The notes under the pieces are model-generated. The model was not told the DNA's origin and made no database searches. It saw only the letters and a list, made by a program, of their open reading frames with translations. Shown one piece after another: positions 21,097 to 30,422 of a stretch of DNA of 64,000 bases; positions within the stretch are counted from its first letter, which is position 1, and every line of letters starts with the position of its first letter. The position numbers were made by a program, and so were the translations under genes. Source of the DNA: an uncultured Collinsella sp. (GTDB lineage: Bacteria > Actinomycetota > Coriobacteriia > Coriobacteriales > Coriobacteriaceae); contig CATZRJ010000002.1 in the NCBI GenBank assembly GCA_958423535.1, positions 11,987 through 75,986 of the forward strand. The letters are read 5' to 3'.

Positions 21097-22290
21097 TTAC
21101 GATGAGGAGCGGGTTGCAGCAAGCACCTCGGCGGCCTTGGCACGAGCCCACGTATCGATATCGCGAAGCTGCCCAAACGATGCGACCGCCTGCGTATCGT
21201 GTGCATCCATGCACGACTCCACGATACGGTCGATATCGGTAAAGGTGCAGGCATCGTGTAGGAAGGCATCGACAGCAACTTCGTTGGCGGCATTCAGCAC
21301 GCAAGGCATGGTGCCGCCCGTCTTGCCGGCACGCTCGGCAAGCGCCAGGCAACGGAACGTGTCCATATCGGCCGCGTCGAAGGTAAGCTGCCCCAACTCA
21401 CGAAAATCGATTCGCGGCGCCGGAGTATCCCAGCGCTCGGGATACGAAAAGGCAAACTGGATGGGAATGCGCATGTCGGACGCACCGAGATGCGCCATCA
21501 CGGAGCCGTCGGCAAACTCGACCATCGAATGAATCTTTGACTGGCGCTGAACGACCACGTTGATAAAGTCGAGATCGCAACCGAACAGATGCATCGCCTC
21601 GATACGCTCCAGGCCCTTGTTCATAAGAGTGGCGGAGTCGATGGTGATCTTAGCGCCCATGGCCCACGTGGGATGTGCCAGCGCATCGGCGCGTGTCACG
21701 CGATTGAGCTCGTCGCGCGTACGACCAAAGAACGGACCACCCGAGCAAGTGAGCCAAATGCAGTGAGCCTCGCGCGGATTCTCCCCCAGATAGCACTGGT
21801 AGATGGCGGAGTGCTCGGAGTCGACCGGAATGAGCTGACCCGGCCGCGCCAACGGCATCAGCAGGTCACCGCCGACAACGAGGGACTCCTTGTTAGCAAG
21901 TGCAAGACGCTTGTTCGAGGTCAGAGCCGCATGGCTCGCTTCGAGCCCAGCAGCGCCCACAATGGCAACAAGGACACAGTCGACGTCATCGCGACGTGCA
22001 AGCTCACAAACCGCCTGCGCACCAACACCGAGCTCGGTGCCCTCGGGCAGCTCCTGCAGTACAGCGTCCGCACCGTGGGTGGTGTCGGCCACGGCAACGG
22101 CCGGAACCGAGAATTCGCGGGCAAACGCAACGAGCTCCGAAGTGCTGGAGTTAACGGACAGCGCCGTCACCTGCAATCGATCGGCATGCTGACGGCATAC
22201 ATCGAGTGCCTGCGTTCCGATAGAGCCCGTACAACCCAGGATGGCAACGCGAAGGCGTCCATCAGGGCCATACGTCGTCTGGAATGACAT
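21097..22290 (-). CDS. dxr: 1-deoxy-D-xylulose-5-phosphate reductoisomerase
   Basis: LGCTGSIG, LANKES, PVDSEH, MNKGLE, NAANE. Confidence 0.96.
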   Translation of the reverse strand: MSFQTTYGPDGRLRVAILGCTGSIGTQALDVCRQHADRLQVTALSVNSSTSELVAFAREFSVPAVAVADTTHGADAVLQELPEGTELGVGAQAVCELARRDDVDCVLVAIVGAAGLEASHAALTSNKRLALANKESLVVGGDLLMPLARPGQLIPVDSEHSAIYQCYLGENPREAHCIWLTCSGGPFFGRTRDELNRVTRADALAHPTWAMGAKITIDSATLMNKGLERIEAMHLFGCDLDFINVVVQRQSKIHSMVEFADGSVMAHLGASDMRIPIQFAFSYPERWDTPAPRIDFRELGQLTFDAADMDTFRCLALAERAGKTGGTMPCVLNAANEVAVDAFLHDACTFTDIDRIVESCMDAHDTQAVASFGQLRDIDTWARAKAAEVLAATRSSS

Positions 22291-23180
22291 TACAGCACGC
22301 CTCCGATCATCAAAAGTAGCTGCGCGGTAATGCAACCAAAAATAAGCGAGTCGCTACGGTCGAGCATGCCGCCATGACCCGGAATAAGGTTGCCGGAATC
22401 CTTGACGCCCACGCCACGCTTGATGCGCGACTCGATGAGGTCGCCGATAACGCCCAAGATGGACACGACCACGCCGCACAGCAGCGCATAGGGCAAGCTC
22501 AGCTTATAGAAATGCGTCGCCCACAAAATGAGCCAGATGAGAACCGAACCCAAGATGCCACCGACAAAGCCCTCCCAGCTCTTTTTGGGAGAGATCTTGG
22601 GGACCATCTTGTGCTTGCCGATACGGCTGCCCACGATGTAGGCAAACGAATCGGAGACCCAGAGGGACGCGCAAACGCCCACCGAAAGCAGGGCGCCGGC
22701 AAAACCGGGCACGGCATCGCGCAGCAGCACGATGGCCGACAACATAAAACCGGTGTAGATAGGACCCATGAGTGTCACAGCTACATCGGATATGCGGGTA
22801 CGCGCCGACCAGACATACCAAATACCCACCGCAAGCATCAGAGCAAAAAGCAGGGCATTCAACAGCAGCGAGTCGCCCAGCGCCGAGAGCGGAAAGAGCA
22901 CGGCGGCAGCAATACCCAGGCGCTCGTTGGCCACCTTGCCATCGAGCTTCGTCATGCGGAAAAACTCATAGCAGCACAAGCCGCTCATGACGGAGACAAA
23001 GATGGCGGTGGGAACGATACCCAAAACCAGGCAGAGAATAAATACGACGGCGTAGACGATACCTGCGGCGGCGCGGGTAATAAAGCCGGCCAACCACGAA
23101 GTCGCAGCCGCGCCGCTCTTGGCGGAAGGTGCCTTGGGAGTTGGCGCCTTGGGAGCAGACGCCTTGGGACGATCGGACAC
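22290..23180 (-). CDS. cdsA: phosphatidate cytidylyltransferase
   Basis: SPKKSWEG, GDLIES.IKR..GVKDSG.LIPGHGGMLDR. Confidence 0.94.
   Translation of the reverse strand: MSDRPKASAPKAPTPKAPSAKSGAAATSWLAGFITRAAAGIVYAVVFILCLVLGIVPTAIFVSVMSGLCCYEFFRMTKLDGKVANERLGIAAAVLFPLSALGDSLLLNALLFALMLAVGIWYVWSARTRISDVAVTLMGPIYTGFMLSAIVLLRDAVPGFAGALLSVGVCASLWVSDSFAYIVGSRIGKHKMVPKISPKKSWEGFVGGILGSVLIWLILWATHFYKLSLPYALLCGVVVSILGVIGDLIESRIKRGVGVKDSGNLIPGHGGMLDRSDSLIFGCITAQLLLMIGGVL
23131..23169. repeat. 15-bp-period tandem repeat in cdsA 5' end
   Basis: GCCTTGGGA at 23131, 23146 and 23161, encoding PKAxx x3. Confidence 0.8.
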
Positions 23181-23182
23181 TA

Positions 23183-23977
23183 TTAAGCCTCCTCGGTCTT
23201 GCTCAGTCCACCAAACCTGCGGTCGCGGCCCTGGTAGGCCAAAATGGCGTCGACAAGGCCCCAACGATCAAAGTCGGGCCAATAGGTATCGGTGACATAA
23301 AACTCGGAATAGGCAACCTGCCACAGCAGATAATTCGAAAGGCGAAGCTCGCCGGAGGTGCGAATCACAAGCTCAGGATCGGGCAGCCCAGCAGTATAGA
23401 GGTGCGAGGCAACCATATCATCGTCGATAGTGGCAGGATCGATCTTGCCGGCGGCGGCATCAAGCGCGATCTGACGGACAGCACGGGTGATCTCGGCACG
23501 GGCGCCGTAGTTGACGGCAAGCGCCAGCGTCATGCCGGTGTGGTCGGCACACTCGGCAAGACCTCGCTCAAAGACATCGCGGGTCTTCTTAGGCAGTGCG
23601 GAAATATCGCCCAAAAAGACAACGCGCACGTTTTCGCGCTTAAGCAGTGGCAACTCATCGATAAACGTCTTGGCAAACAAATGCATCAAAACGTTGACCT
23701 CGTGCTGCGGACGGTTCCAGTTTTCGGTGGAAAACGCATAGGCCGAAAGGACGTCGACGCCCAAGCGCACGCATGCGGTAATAATCTCGCGCAGGGAGAC
23801 GATACCGGCCTTGTGGCCCTCGGTGCGGGCAAGACCGCGCGCCGTGGCCCAGCGACCGTTACCGTCCATGATGCACGAGATATGATGCGGAATCTTATTG
23901 AGGTCAAGGTCGGAAAAACCGACGCCCGCAGGGGCGTCGGCAAAGTACTCGACCAGTTTGTTCTCGTCGTATTGCAC
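23183..23977 (-). CDS. uppS: undecaprenyl diphosphate synthase
   Basis: IMDGNGRWA, AFSTENW, RTSGELRLSNYLLWQ. Confidence 0.96.
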   Translation of the reverse strand: MQYDENKLVEYFADAPAGVGFSDLDLNKIPHHISCIMDGNGRWATARGLARTEGHKAGIVSLREIITACVRLGVDVLSAYAFSTENWNRPQHEVNVLMHLFAKTFIDELPLLKRENVRVVFLGDISALPKKTRDVFERGLAECADHTGMTLALAVNYGARAEITRAVRQIALDAAAGKIDPATIDDDMVASHLYTAGLPDPELVIRTSGELRLSNYLLWQVAYSEFYVTDTYWPDFDRWGLVDAILAYQGRDRRFGGLSKTEEA

Positions 23978-23978
23978 C

Positions 23979-24515
23979 TTAGATCTCCATGACCTCGGCT
24001 TCTTTTTCCTTCAGAAGCTCCTCGACCTTGGCAACATACTCATCGGTATGCTTCTGGACCTTGGCCTGCTCGCGACGGACATCATCCTCGGTGAGCTCTT
24101 CGTCGCGCTCGAGCTTGTTGTTAAAGTCACGACGGATGTTACGGATTGAGACCTTGGCCTGCTCGGCATACTCGCGGCACTCCTTGACGAGCTCGCGACG
24201 ACGCTCCTCGGTGGGAGCCGGGAACGGCAGACGCACGACGGTACCGTCAGAGTTGGGAGTAATGCCCAGATCGGAAGCGCTAATGGCCTTCACGATTGCG
24301 TTGACGAGCGCCTTGTCCCAGGGCTCGATGAGCAGCATGTGAGCCTCGGGGGTCTTAACGGCGGCAACCTGGGTAACCGGCGTGGGAACACCGTAGTAAT
24401 CGACCGAAATGTCGGACAGAATGTTAGCGTTGGCGCGACCCGTGCGAACCTTGGAGAAGTTGTGCTTGAGGGACTCAAGCGACTTTTCCATGTGGGCGGT
24501 GATGTTCTCTGCCAT
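23979..24515 (-). CDS. frr: ribosome recycling factor
   Basis: RTGRAN, PTEERRRELVK, IRNIRRD. Confidence 0.96.
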   Translation of the reverse strand: MAENITAHMEKSLESLKHNFSKVRTGRANANILSDISVDYYGVPTPVTQVAAVKTPEAHMLLIEPWDKALVNAIVKAISASDLGITPNSDGTVVRLPFPAPTEERRRELVKECREYAEQAKVSIRNIRRDFNNKLERDEELTEDDVRREQAKVQKHTDEYVAKVEELLKEKEAEVMEI

Positions 24516-24517
24516 GC

Positions 24518-25240
24518 TTAATCCTCCTGATAGACGAGCGTGCCGACGGGCTCACCCGAAAGCGCGCGCTTGACGGTGTCCTCGCCATCGATGTTGAGGA
24601 CCAAAATCGGCATACGGTTATCCTGACACAGTGCCGTAGCCGTGGAATCCATAACCTGCAGGCCGCGGACGAGAACCTCGTGATAGGTAATCTTGTCAAA
24701 ACGGACGGCATCGGCGCACTTGACGGGATCCTTGTCGTAGATGCCGTCAACCTTGGTGGCCTTAATCAGAATCTCGGCACCGATCTCGCAGGCACGAAGA
24801 GCCGCGGCGGTGTCGGTCGTAAAGTACGGATTGCCCGAACCGGCGGCAAAAATAACGACGTTGCCCTTGGAAAGGTGGTTGATGGCGCGACGGCGAATAT
24901 AGGGCTCGCAGATCTCGTTCATCTGGATAGCGCTCATCACACGGCAGGGAACATCGTTGTGCTCAAAGGCATCCTGCAGGGCAAGCGCGTTCATAACGGT
25001 TGCCAGCATGCCCATGTAGTCGGCCTGAGCGCGTTCCATGCCACCGGCAGCGCCGGCCATGCCGCGGAAAATATTACCGCCGCCGACAACAACGCCGACC
25101 TCATGGCCAACGGCGAGCAGCTCCTTGACCTGCTTGGCAAGATGGTCGGTAACCTTGGGGTCGATGCCATATTGGCCGTCGCCCATCAGTGCTTCGCCGG
25201 AAAGCTTAAGAAGCACGCGTTTATATCGGATGTCGGACAA
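24518..25240 (-). CDS. pyrH: uridylate kinase
   Basis: [23 protein letters not shown]. Confidence 0.96.
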   Translation of the reverse strand: MSDIRYKRVLLKLSGEALMGDGQYGIDPKVTDHLAKQVKELLAVGHEVGVVVGGGNIFRGMAGAAGGMERAQADYMGMLATVMNALALQDAFEHNDVPCRVMSAIQMNEICEPYIRRRAINHLSKGNVVIFAAGSGNPYFTTDTAAALRACEIGAEILIKATKVDGIYDKDPVKCADAVRFDKITYHEVLVRGLQVMDSTATALCQDNRMPILVLNIDGEDTVKRALSGEPVGTLVYQED

Positions 25241-25299
25241 AGCGATCCTCCTTTAATTAGACTCTCAATATGATAGCAAAGGCTCTGATAAGAGCCATG

Positions 25300-25334
25300 A
25301 AAAAGCAGGCTGTGAGTAAAACCCACAGCCTGCT
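25300..25334 (-). terminator. intrinsic terminator after tsf
   Basis: AGCAGGCTGTG...CACAGCCTGCT stem with T-run on minus strand. Confidence 0.8.
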
Positions 25335-25357
25335 CATTACCAGCTACAAGAGCTTAT

Positions 25358-26227
25358 TTACTCGCCACGGACCAGACGGTCGAACGCAACGACGGTAATG
25401 GTGTCACCGAGCTCCTTGGAGACCTGCTCAGCGTACTTCTTGATGGTGAGGGAGCTGTCCTTGATGAACTCCTGCTCGGTGAGCACGGACTGCTTGTAGA
25501 ACTTCTCCAGACGGCCAACAGCCATCTTCTCCTGGATAGCCTCGGGCTTGCCGGACTCGGCAGCCTGAGCCATGTAGATCTGCTTCTCGTGCTCGACGGT
25601 CTCGGCCGGAACCTGATCGCGGGTAGCGCAGATCGGGGCGACGGCGGCAACCTGAAGGGCGACGTCATGAGCAAAGGTCTTGAAGGACTCAGCCTGAGCG
25701 GTCTCGGCCTTCTCGAAAGCGAACTCGACGAGGACGCCGATCTTACCACCCATGTGGATGTAAGAAGCGAGAGCGCCGTTCTCAGCCTTGCGGGCGGCGA
25801 AACGAGAGATCTTCATGTTCTCGCCCATGATGTGAATCATCTCGGTGAGCTCGGAGGAAACGGTCTCCTCGCCCATCGGCTTCTCGAGCAGAGCGTCGAC
25901 GTCAGCCGGCTCGGTGGTGGCGACAACCTCAGCGACCTTGGAAGCAAAGCCGGTGAACTTGGCGTTGGAGCCGACGAAGTCGGTCTCGCAGGAGAGCTCG
26001 AGCAGAGCGCCGGTCTTGCCATCCTCGGAGACGAACGCGGCGACAGCGCCCTCGTTGGTCTCACGGCCAGCCTTCTTGGCAGCCTTGGCGAGGCCGTTCT
26101 TGCGCAGAACGTCGACGGCGGCGTCCATGTCGCCGTCAGCCTCGACGAGAGCCTTCTTGCACTCCATCATCGGGGAGTCGGTCATCTCGCGGAGCTGCTT
26201 GACCATAGCGGCAGTAATCTGGGCCAT
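25358..26227 (-). CDS. tsf: elongation factor Ts
   Basis: VKQLRE..MMECKKAL, CETDFV. Confidence 0.96.
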   Translation of the reverse strand: MAQITAAMVKQLREMTDSPMMECKKALVEADGDMDAAVDVLRKNGLAKAAKKAGRETNEGAVAAFVSEDGKTGALLELSCETDFVGSNAKFTGFASKVAEVVATTEPADVDALLEKPMGEETVSSELTEMIHIMGENMKISRFAARKAENGALASYIHMGGKIGVLVEFAFEKAETAQAESFKTFAHDVALQVAAVAPICATRDQVPAETVEHEKQIYMAQAAESGKPEAIQEKMAVGRLEKFYKQSVLTEQEFIKDSSLTIKKYAEQVSKELGDTITVVAFDRLVRGE

Positions 26228-26272
26228 TGTGGTTCCTTTCAAAGAGATGAAAAAGACTTAAATAGGACTGAT

Positions 26273-27001
26273 TTACTCGGCCTTGGGCTCAGCGGCCATC
26301 TCGGCCTCGGAGACCTGCTCCTTGCCGGAGCCAGCGAGGCAGGCGTCGGCCATGAGCTCGCACATAAGGGTGACAGCGGAGATAGCGTCATCGTTGCAGG
26401 GGATGCCATACTCGACCTCGTCGGGATCGGAGTTGGTGTCGATCAGAGCGACGACGGGGATGTTCAGGCGCTGGGCCTCCTTGATGGCGTTCTCCTCGCG
26501 CTTGGTGTCGATGACGAAGAGAGCCTGGGGCAGACCCTTCATGTCGCGGGCGCCACCGAGGTTGGTCTGGAGCTTAGCGAGCTCCTTACCCAGAACAGCC
26601 TGCTCCTTCTTGGGCAGCACTGCCATGCGGCCGTCCTCGACCATGGCCTCGAGCTCCTCCATGCGGTTGATGCGGGAGCGGATGGTGACGAAGTTGGTCA
26701 GCATGCCGCCGAGCCAACGCTGGTTGATGTAGGGCATGTTGGCGCGCTCAGCGGCGTTCTTGACGGCCTCCTGAGCCTGCTTCTTGGTGCCGACGAACAG
26801 CACGTTGCCGCCCTTGGCGACGTTCTTGACGAAGGTGTAGGCCTGGTCAGCGTCAAGGATGGTCTGCTTGAGGTCGAGGATGTAGATGCCGTTGCGCTCA
26901 CCGAAGATGAACGGCTTCATCTTGGGGTTCCAGCGACGGGTCTGGTGACCGAAGTGGCAGCCGGCCTCGAGCAGGGTGCGGATATTAATCTTGGTAGCCA
27001 T
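26273..27001 (-). CDS. rpsB: 30S ribosomal protein S2
   Basis: [25 protein letters not shown]. Confidence 0.97.
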   Translation of the reverse strand: MATKINIRTLLEAGCHFGHQTRRWNPKMKPFIFGERNGIYILDLKQTILDADQAYTFVKNVAKGGNVLFVGTKKQAQEAVKNAAERANMPYINQRWLGGMLTNFVTIRSRINRMEELEAMVEDGRMAVLPKKEQAVLGKELAKLQTNLGGARDMKGLPQALFVIDTKREENAIKEAQRLNIPVVALIDTNSDPDEVEYGIPCNDDAISAVTLMCELMADACLAGSGKEQVSEAEMAAEPKAE

Positions 27002-27217
27002 GTTAAACCTCCTGTGGTTTGCCTCCGCGCGGGGTCATCCTCCAAAACCAACCCGGACATGTGCTACCAAAGCCCGGGCACCACGGTATGAAGTAGCCGC
27101 GCGTGCGTGATAAAAACCTGTTGCCGTGAAGCAACCCGATGAATGATAGCAGGATTACCTCTTCCTGCCAACCCGCAATCAAAACCACACACCTCGGTTC
27201 GGCGCGGGGCCCTTCTC

Positions 27218-28138
27218 CTACTCGCCGCGGGGGTGGGCCTGACTCACGGCGCGCTTGAGTCGGTCGGGCGTGAGATGCGTATAAATCTGCGTCGTGGACA
27301 AGCTCGCATGCCCCAGCAGCTCCTGAACCGAGCGCAGATCCGCGCCACCCTCGAGCAGATCGGTCGCAAAGGTATGGCGCATCGCATGCGGGGTGATGTC
27401 AGCAGGAATGCCGGCAAGTGCCGCAAGCATGTGGAACCGTCTCCTGAGCATGGCGGCACTCATGCGGTTTCCGCGCGCCGAGATAAAAAGCGGATGAACG
27501 CCGTTCGCATCGTCGCCGCGCTTTGCCTGCGCAAGGAGCTGTGGCCTCCCTCCCTCAATATAGCGGCGGGTAGCCTCGAGAGCGCGCCGATACAGGGGCA
27601 CGATACGCTCCTTGCTCCCCTTGCCCCAAAGTCGCAGCGTTCGCTCGGACCAACCAATAGACTCCACGTTGAGCGCCGCGAGCTCCGAGATTCGCGCGCC
27701 AGAGGCATAGAGAAGCTCGAGCATCGCCGCATCGCGCAGCCCTGCAGGCGTCGAGGTATCAGGGCTCTTGAGCAACGACTCGACTTGCCGGGTCGTCAGC
27801 ACACCGGGAAGATCACGCGGCAGTTTGGGCGAGGATATCGCCGAGACCACATCGCCCTCAACGATTCCCTCGGCAGCCATCCACCGATAGAGCGAGCGAA
27901 TGGCAGACAGATGCGCCGCAAGGGTCCGAGCCGCCACCTGGCCACGCGACAGCTCGGCCAAATAGGAGCGAACGGTCCGCACGTCGGCGGCGCGAGCGTC
28001 GATGTCCTCGCGGTCGCACCACGCGACGAAGCGCTCGAGCCGCGAGGCGTAGGCGGTTACCGTATTGGGAGCGAGTCCTTCGACACGTGCGATATAAGCG
28101 ATAAACGAGTCGACGGCATCGTACAGGTCAAAAGTTAT
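27218..28138 (-). CDS. xerC: tyrosine recombinase XerC-like (probable ATA start)
   Basis: LYASGARISE, GKGSKER, HAMRH, LLGH, TQIY; the frame stays open 52 codons upstream of the GTG at 27982 and encodes the core-binding N-terminus. Confidence 0.85.
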   Translation of the reverse strand: MTFDLYDAVDSFIAYIARVEGLAPNTVTAYASRLERFVAWCDREDIDARAADVRTVRSYLAELSRGQVAARTLAAHLSAIRSLYRWMAAEGIVEGDVVSAISSPKLPRDLPGVLTTRQVESLLKSPDTSTPAGLRDAAMLELLYASGARISELAALNVESIGWSERTLRLWGKGSKERIVPLYRRALEATRRYIEGGRPQLLAQAKRGDDANGVHPLFISARGNRMSAAMLRRRFHMLAALAGIPADITPHAMRHTFATDLLEGGADLRSVQELLGHASLSTTQIYTHLTPDRLKRAVSQAHPRGE

Positions 28139-29472
28139 GACCTCTCGCCTCCAAACAGATCGGAGCGCGTTTCCAGATAGGCATCAAGGGCCTTGAGAGC
28201 GCGATCAGCATAGGCCTGGTAACGATCGCGCTTGCTGCGACGCTTACCGTCCTCGAGCGGCGGCACGAGGCCAAAGTTGACATGCATGGGCTGGTAGCCC
28301 ACCGTGGCCGGATCAGTCGCATACCCCACAAGCGCGCCCAGGGCGCCCACGCGCGGCAGCTCGACGCCCGCGGCACCGATAGCCTCGGCATAGGTGTTGA
28401 GCGCGGCGAGCAGACCCGTCGCCACGGCCTCCATGTACCCCTCGGTACCGGTAATCTGGCCGGCAAGGCGCACGCTCGTGCCGGGCACGGCAAAGGTGCC
28501 ATCGAGCACGTGCGGCGCATCAACAAAGGTGTTGCGGTGCATGACGCCGTAGCGGAAGAACTCGGCGTTCTCCAGGCCGGGAACCATATGGAAGACGCGC
28601 TTCTGTTCGCCGAAGGTCAGGTTGGTCTGGAAGCCAACCAGGTTATAGGCGGTCTTCGCCTTGTTTTCGGCGCGCAGCTGAATTGCCGCCCAGGGACGGC
28701 GACCGGTGCGCGGGTCGGTGAGCCCGACGGGCTTCATGGCACCAAAGCGGATGGCATCCTTGCCCGTGCGCGCAACCTCCTCGGCAGGCTGGCAGGCCTG
28801 GAACAGGTCCCCGCCCTCAAAATCCTTGAGCACCACGCGATCGGCCGTGGTGAGCGCCTCGATAAAGGCCTCGTACTCTTCCTTGTTGAGCGGGGCATTG
28901 AGATAGTCGCCACTCCCCTGCTCCTCGTAGCGCGACTGCGAGAACAGCACGTCCATATCGAGCGTCGAGGCATCGACAATCGGCGCAGCCGCGTCAAAGA
29001 ACGCCAGGGCGTCACCACCGACAAGCTTCATGACCTCCTCGCTCAATGCCGGCGAGCACAAGGGGCCCGCGGCGATAACCACATGACCCTCGGGAATCTG
29101 GGTGACCTCGCCGTGGACGACCTCGATATTGGGGCGGGCGGCAACCTCGGCCTCGACGAGCTCGGAGAATGTAACACGGTCGACCGCCAGGGCGCCGCCA
29201 GCGGGAACAGCGGCGCGATGAGCGCAGTCGAGCAGCACCGAGCCCATGCGCTCGAGCTCGGCCTTCAGCAGGCCGGCGGCAGAATCGGGACGGGTCGACT
29301 TAAACGAATTGGAGCAGACGAGCTCGGCCAGATGATCGGTATGGTGGGCAGGAGAGCTCACCTGTGGGCGCATCTCACACAGTTTTACGGCGAACCCGCG
29401 ATCTGCCAGCTGAATCGCACATTCCGATCCCGCCAGACCGCCACCGATAACCGTCACCTGATCAAACAGCAT
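28135..29472 (-). CDS. trmFO: FAD/folate-dependent tRNA U54 methyltransferase
   Basis: GGGLAGSE, ELVCSNS, VGFQTNL, RYGVMHRNT, AGQITGTEGY. Confidence 0.95.
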   Translation of the reverse strand: MLFDQVTVIGGGLAGSECAIQLADRGFAVKLCEMRPQVSSPAHHTDHLAELVCSNSFKSTRPDSAAGLLKAELERMGSVLLDCAHRAAVPAGGALAVDRVTFSELVEAEVAARPNIEVVHGEVTQIPEGHVVIAAGPLCSPALSEEVMKLVGGDALAFFDAAAPIVDASTLDMDVLFSQSRYEEQGSGDYLNAPLNKEEYEAFIEALTTADRVVLKDFEGGDLFQACQPAEEVARTGKDAIRFGAMKPVGLTDPRTGRRPWAAIQLRAENKAKTAYNLVGFQTNLTFGEQKRVFHMVPGLENAEFFRYGVMHRNTFVDAPHVLDGTFAVPGTSVRLAGQITGTEGYMEAVATGLLAALNTYAEAIGAAGVELPRVGALGALVGYATDPATVGYQPMHVNFGLVPPLEDGKRRSKRDRYQAYADRALKALDAYLETRSDLFGGERS

Positions 29473-29486
29473 CTGCAAACACCTTT

Positions 29487-30422
29487 CTAATTGACACGCT
29501 TTCCATTGTGACCGAAGGGCGTCTGGGCGTGAAGCGCAAACTTGGAGGGCGCATACCTTCCATCCATCATGCGCTCGATGAGTCCTTCGAGCTCGAGCGA
29601 ACCCAGGAGCTTGAGCACTCCGACGGCATCGAGCGAGACGAGAGCCGCGATGTCGTCGACCTTCAGCGGCGAGGCGATGAGCGCATGCATCACGGCCTGC
29701 TGCGTGGGGTCCAGATCTGCAATACCGGGCGCATCGGGACGCGAATAGCGCAGGGTACCGTAGATTCGCGAGATGGCCATCTCGATGGACTCCTCGTCAA
29801 TAATGCAGCAGGCACCGTTGGCAATGAGGTAGTTGGTCCCGCGCGATTCGGGTGACAAAATGGAGCCCGGTACCGCAAGCAGCTCGCGCCCCAGGTCCAT
29901 GGCGGTCTCGGCGGTAGAAAACGTCCCAGATGGCATGCCAGCCTCCGACACAAAGAGCGCCTGCGACAGCGCTGCGATCACGCGGTTACGCCGCGGAAAG
30001 GCAAACTTACGCGGCCCCATACCCCACGGCGAGATGGACACGACCGCGCCGCCCGTATCGATCGTGCGCGCGATGAGCCCCGCACTCGAACGCGGGTAGA
30101 CCACGTCGGCGCCCGTACCCAACACCACGACGTGCTTGCCTCCGGCGTTGACCGCGGCCCAACCCGAGGCCTGGTCGCAGCCGACCGCGCCGCCCGAGAC
30201 CACCGTCACCCCCGCCTCGACCGCAACTTTCGCGGCGAGCTCTGCCACGGCAAGGCCGTACGGCGAGGCCTTGCGAGCGCCGATGATGGAAAGCGCGGGA
30301 GTCGACAGCGCGGCGGGGTCGCCACGCACATAGAGCGTCTGGGGTACATCAGAGAGCTCCAAAACGGTATCTGGATACAACGCATCACCGGGATGCAGCT
30401 CAAAAGTCTCCTCGGGCATCAC
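29487..30422 (-). CDS. dprA: DNA processing protein DprA
   Basis: IIGARKASPYG, VVSGGAVG.D, FPRRNRVIAALS, C-terminal wHTH. Confidence 0.93.
   Translation of the reverse strand: MMPEETFELHPGDALYPDTVLELSDVPQTLYVRGDPAALSTPALSIIGARKASPYGLAVAELAAKVAVEAGVTVVSGGAVGCDQASGWAAVNAGGKHVVVLGTGADVVYPRSSAGLIARTIDTGGAVVSISPWGMGPRKFAFPRRNRVIAALSQALFVSEAGMPSGTFSTAETAMDLGRELLAVPGSILSPESRGTNYLIANGACCIIDEESIEMAISRIYGTLRYSRPDAPGIADLDPTQQAVMHALIASPLKVDDIAALVSLDAVGVLKLLGSLELEGLIERMMDGRYAPSKFALHAQTPFGHNGKRVN

Noticed and set aside
27218..28138. tyrosine recombinase as a sign of a prophage or integrative element
   Set aside because: Sits in the conserved dprA-trmFO-xerC-rpsB housekeeping context with no cargo genes, att repeats or composition shift.
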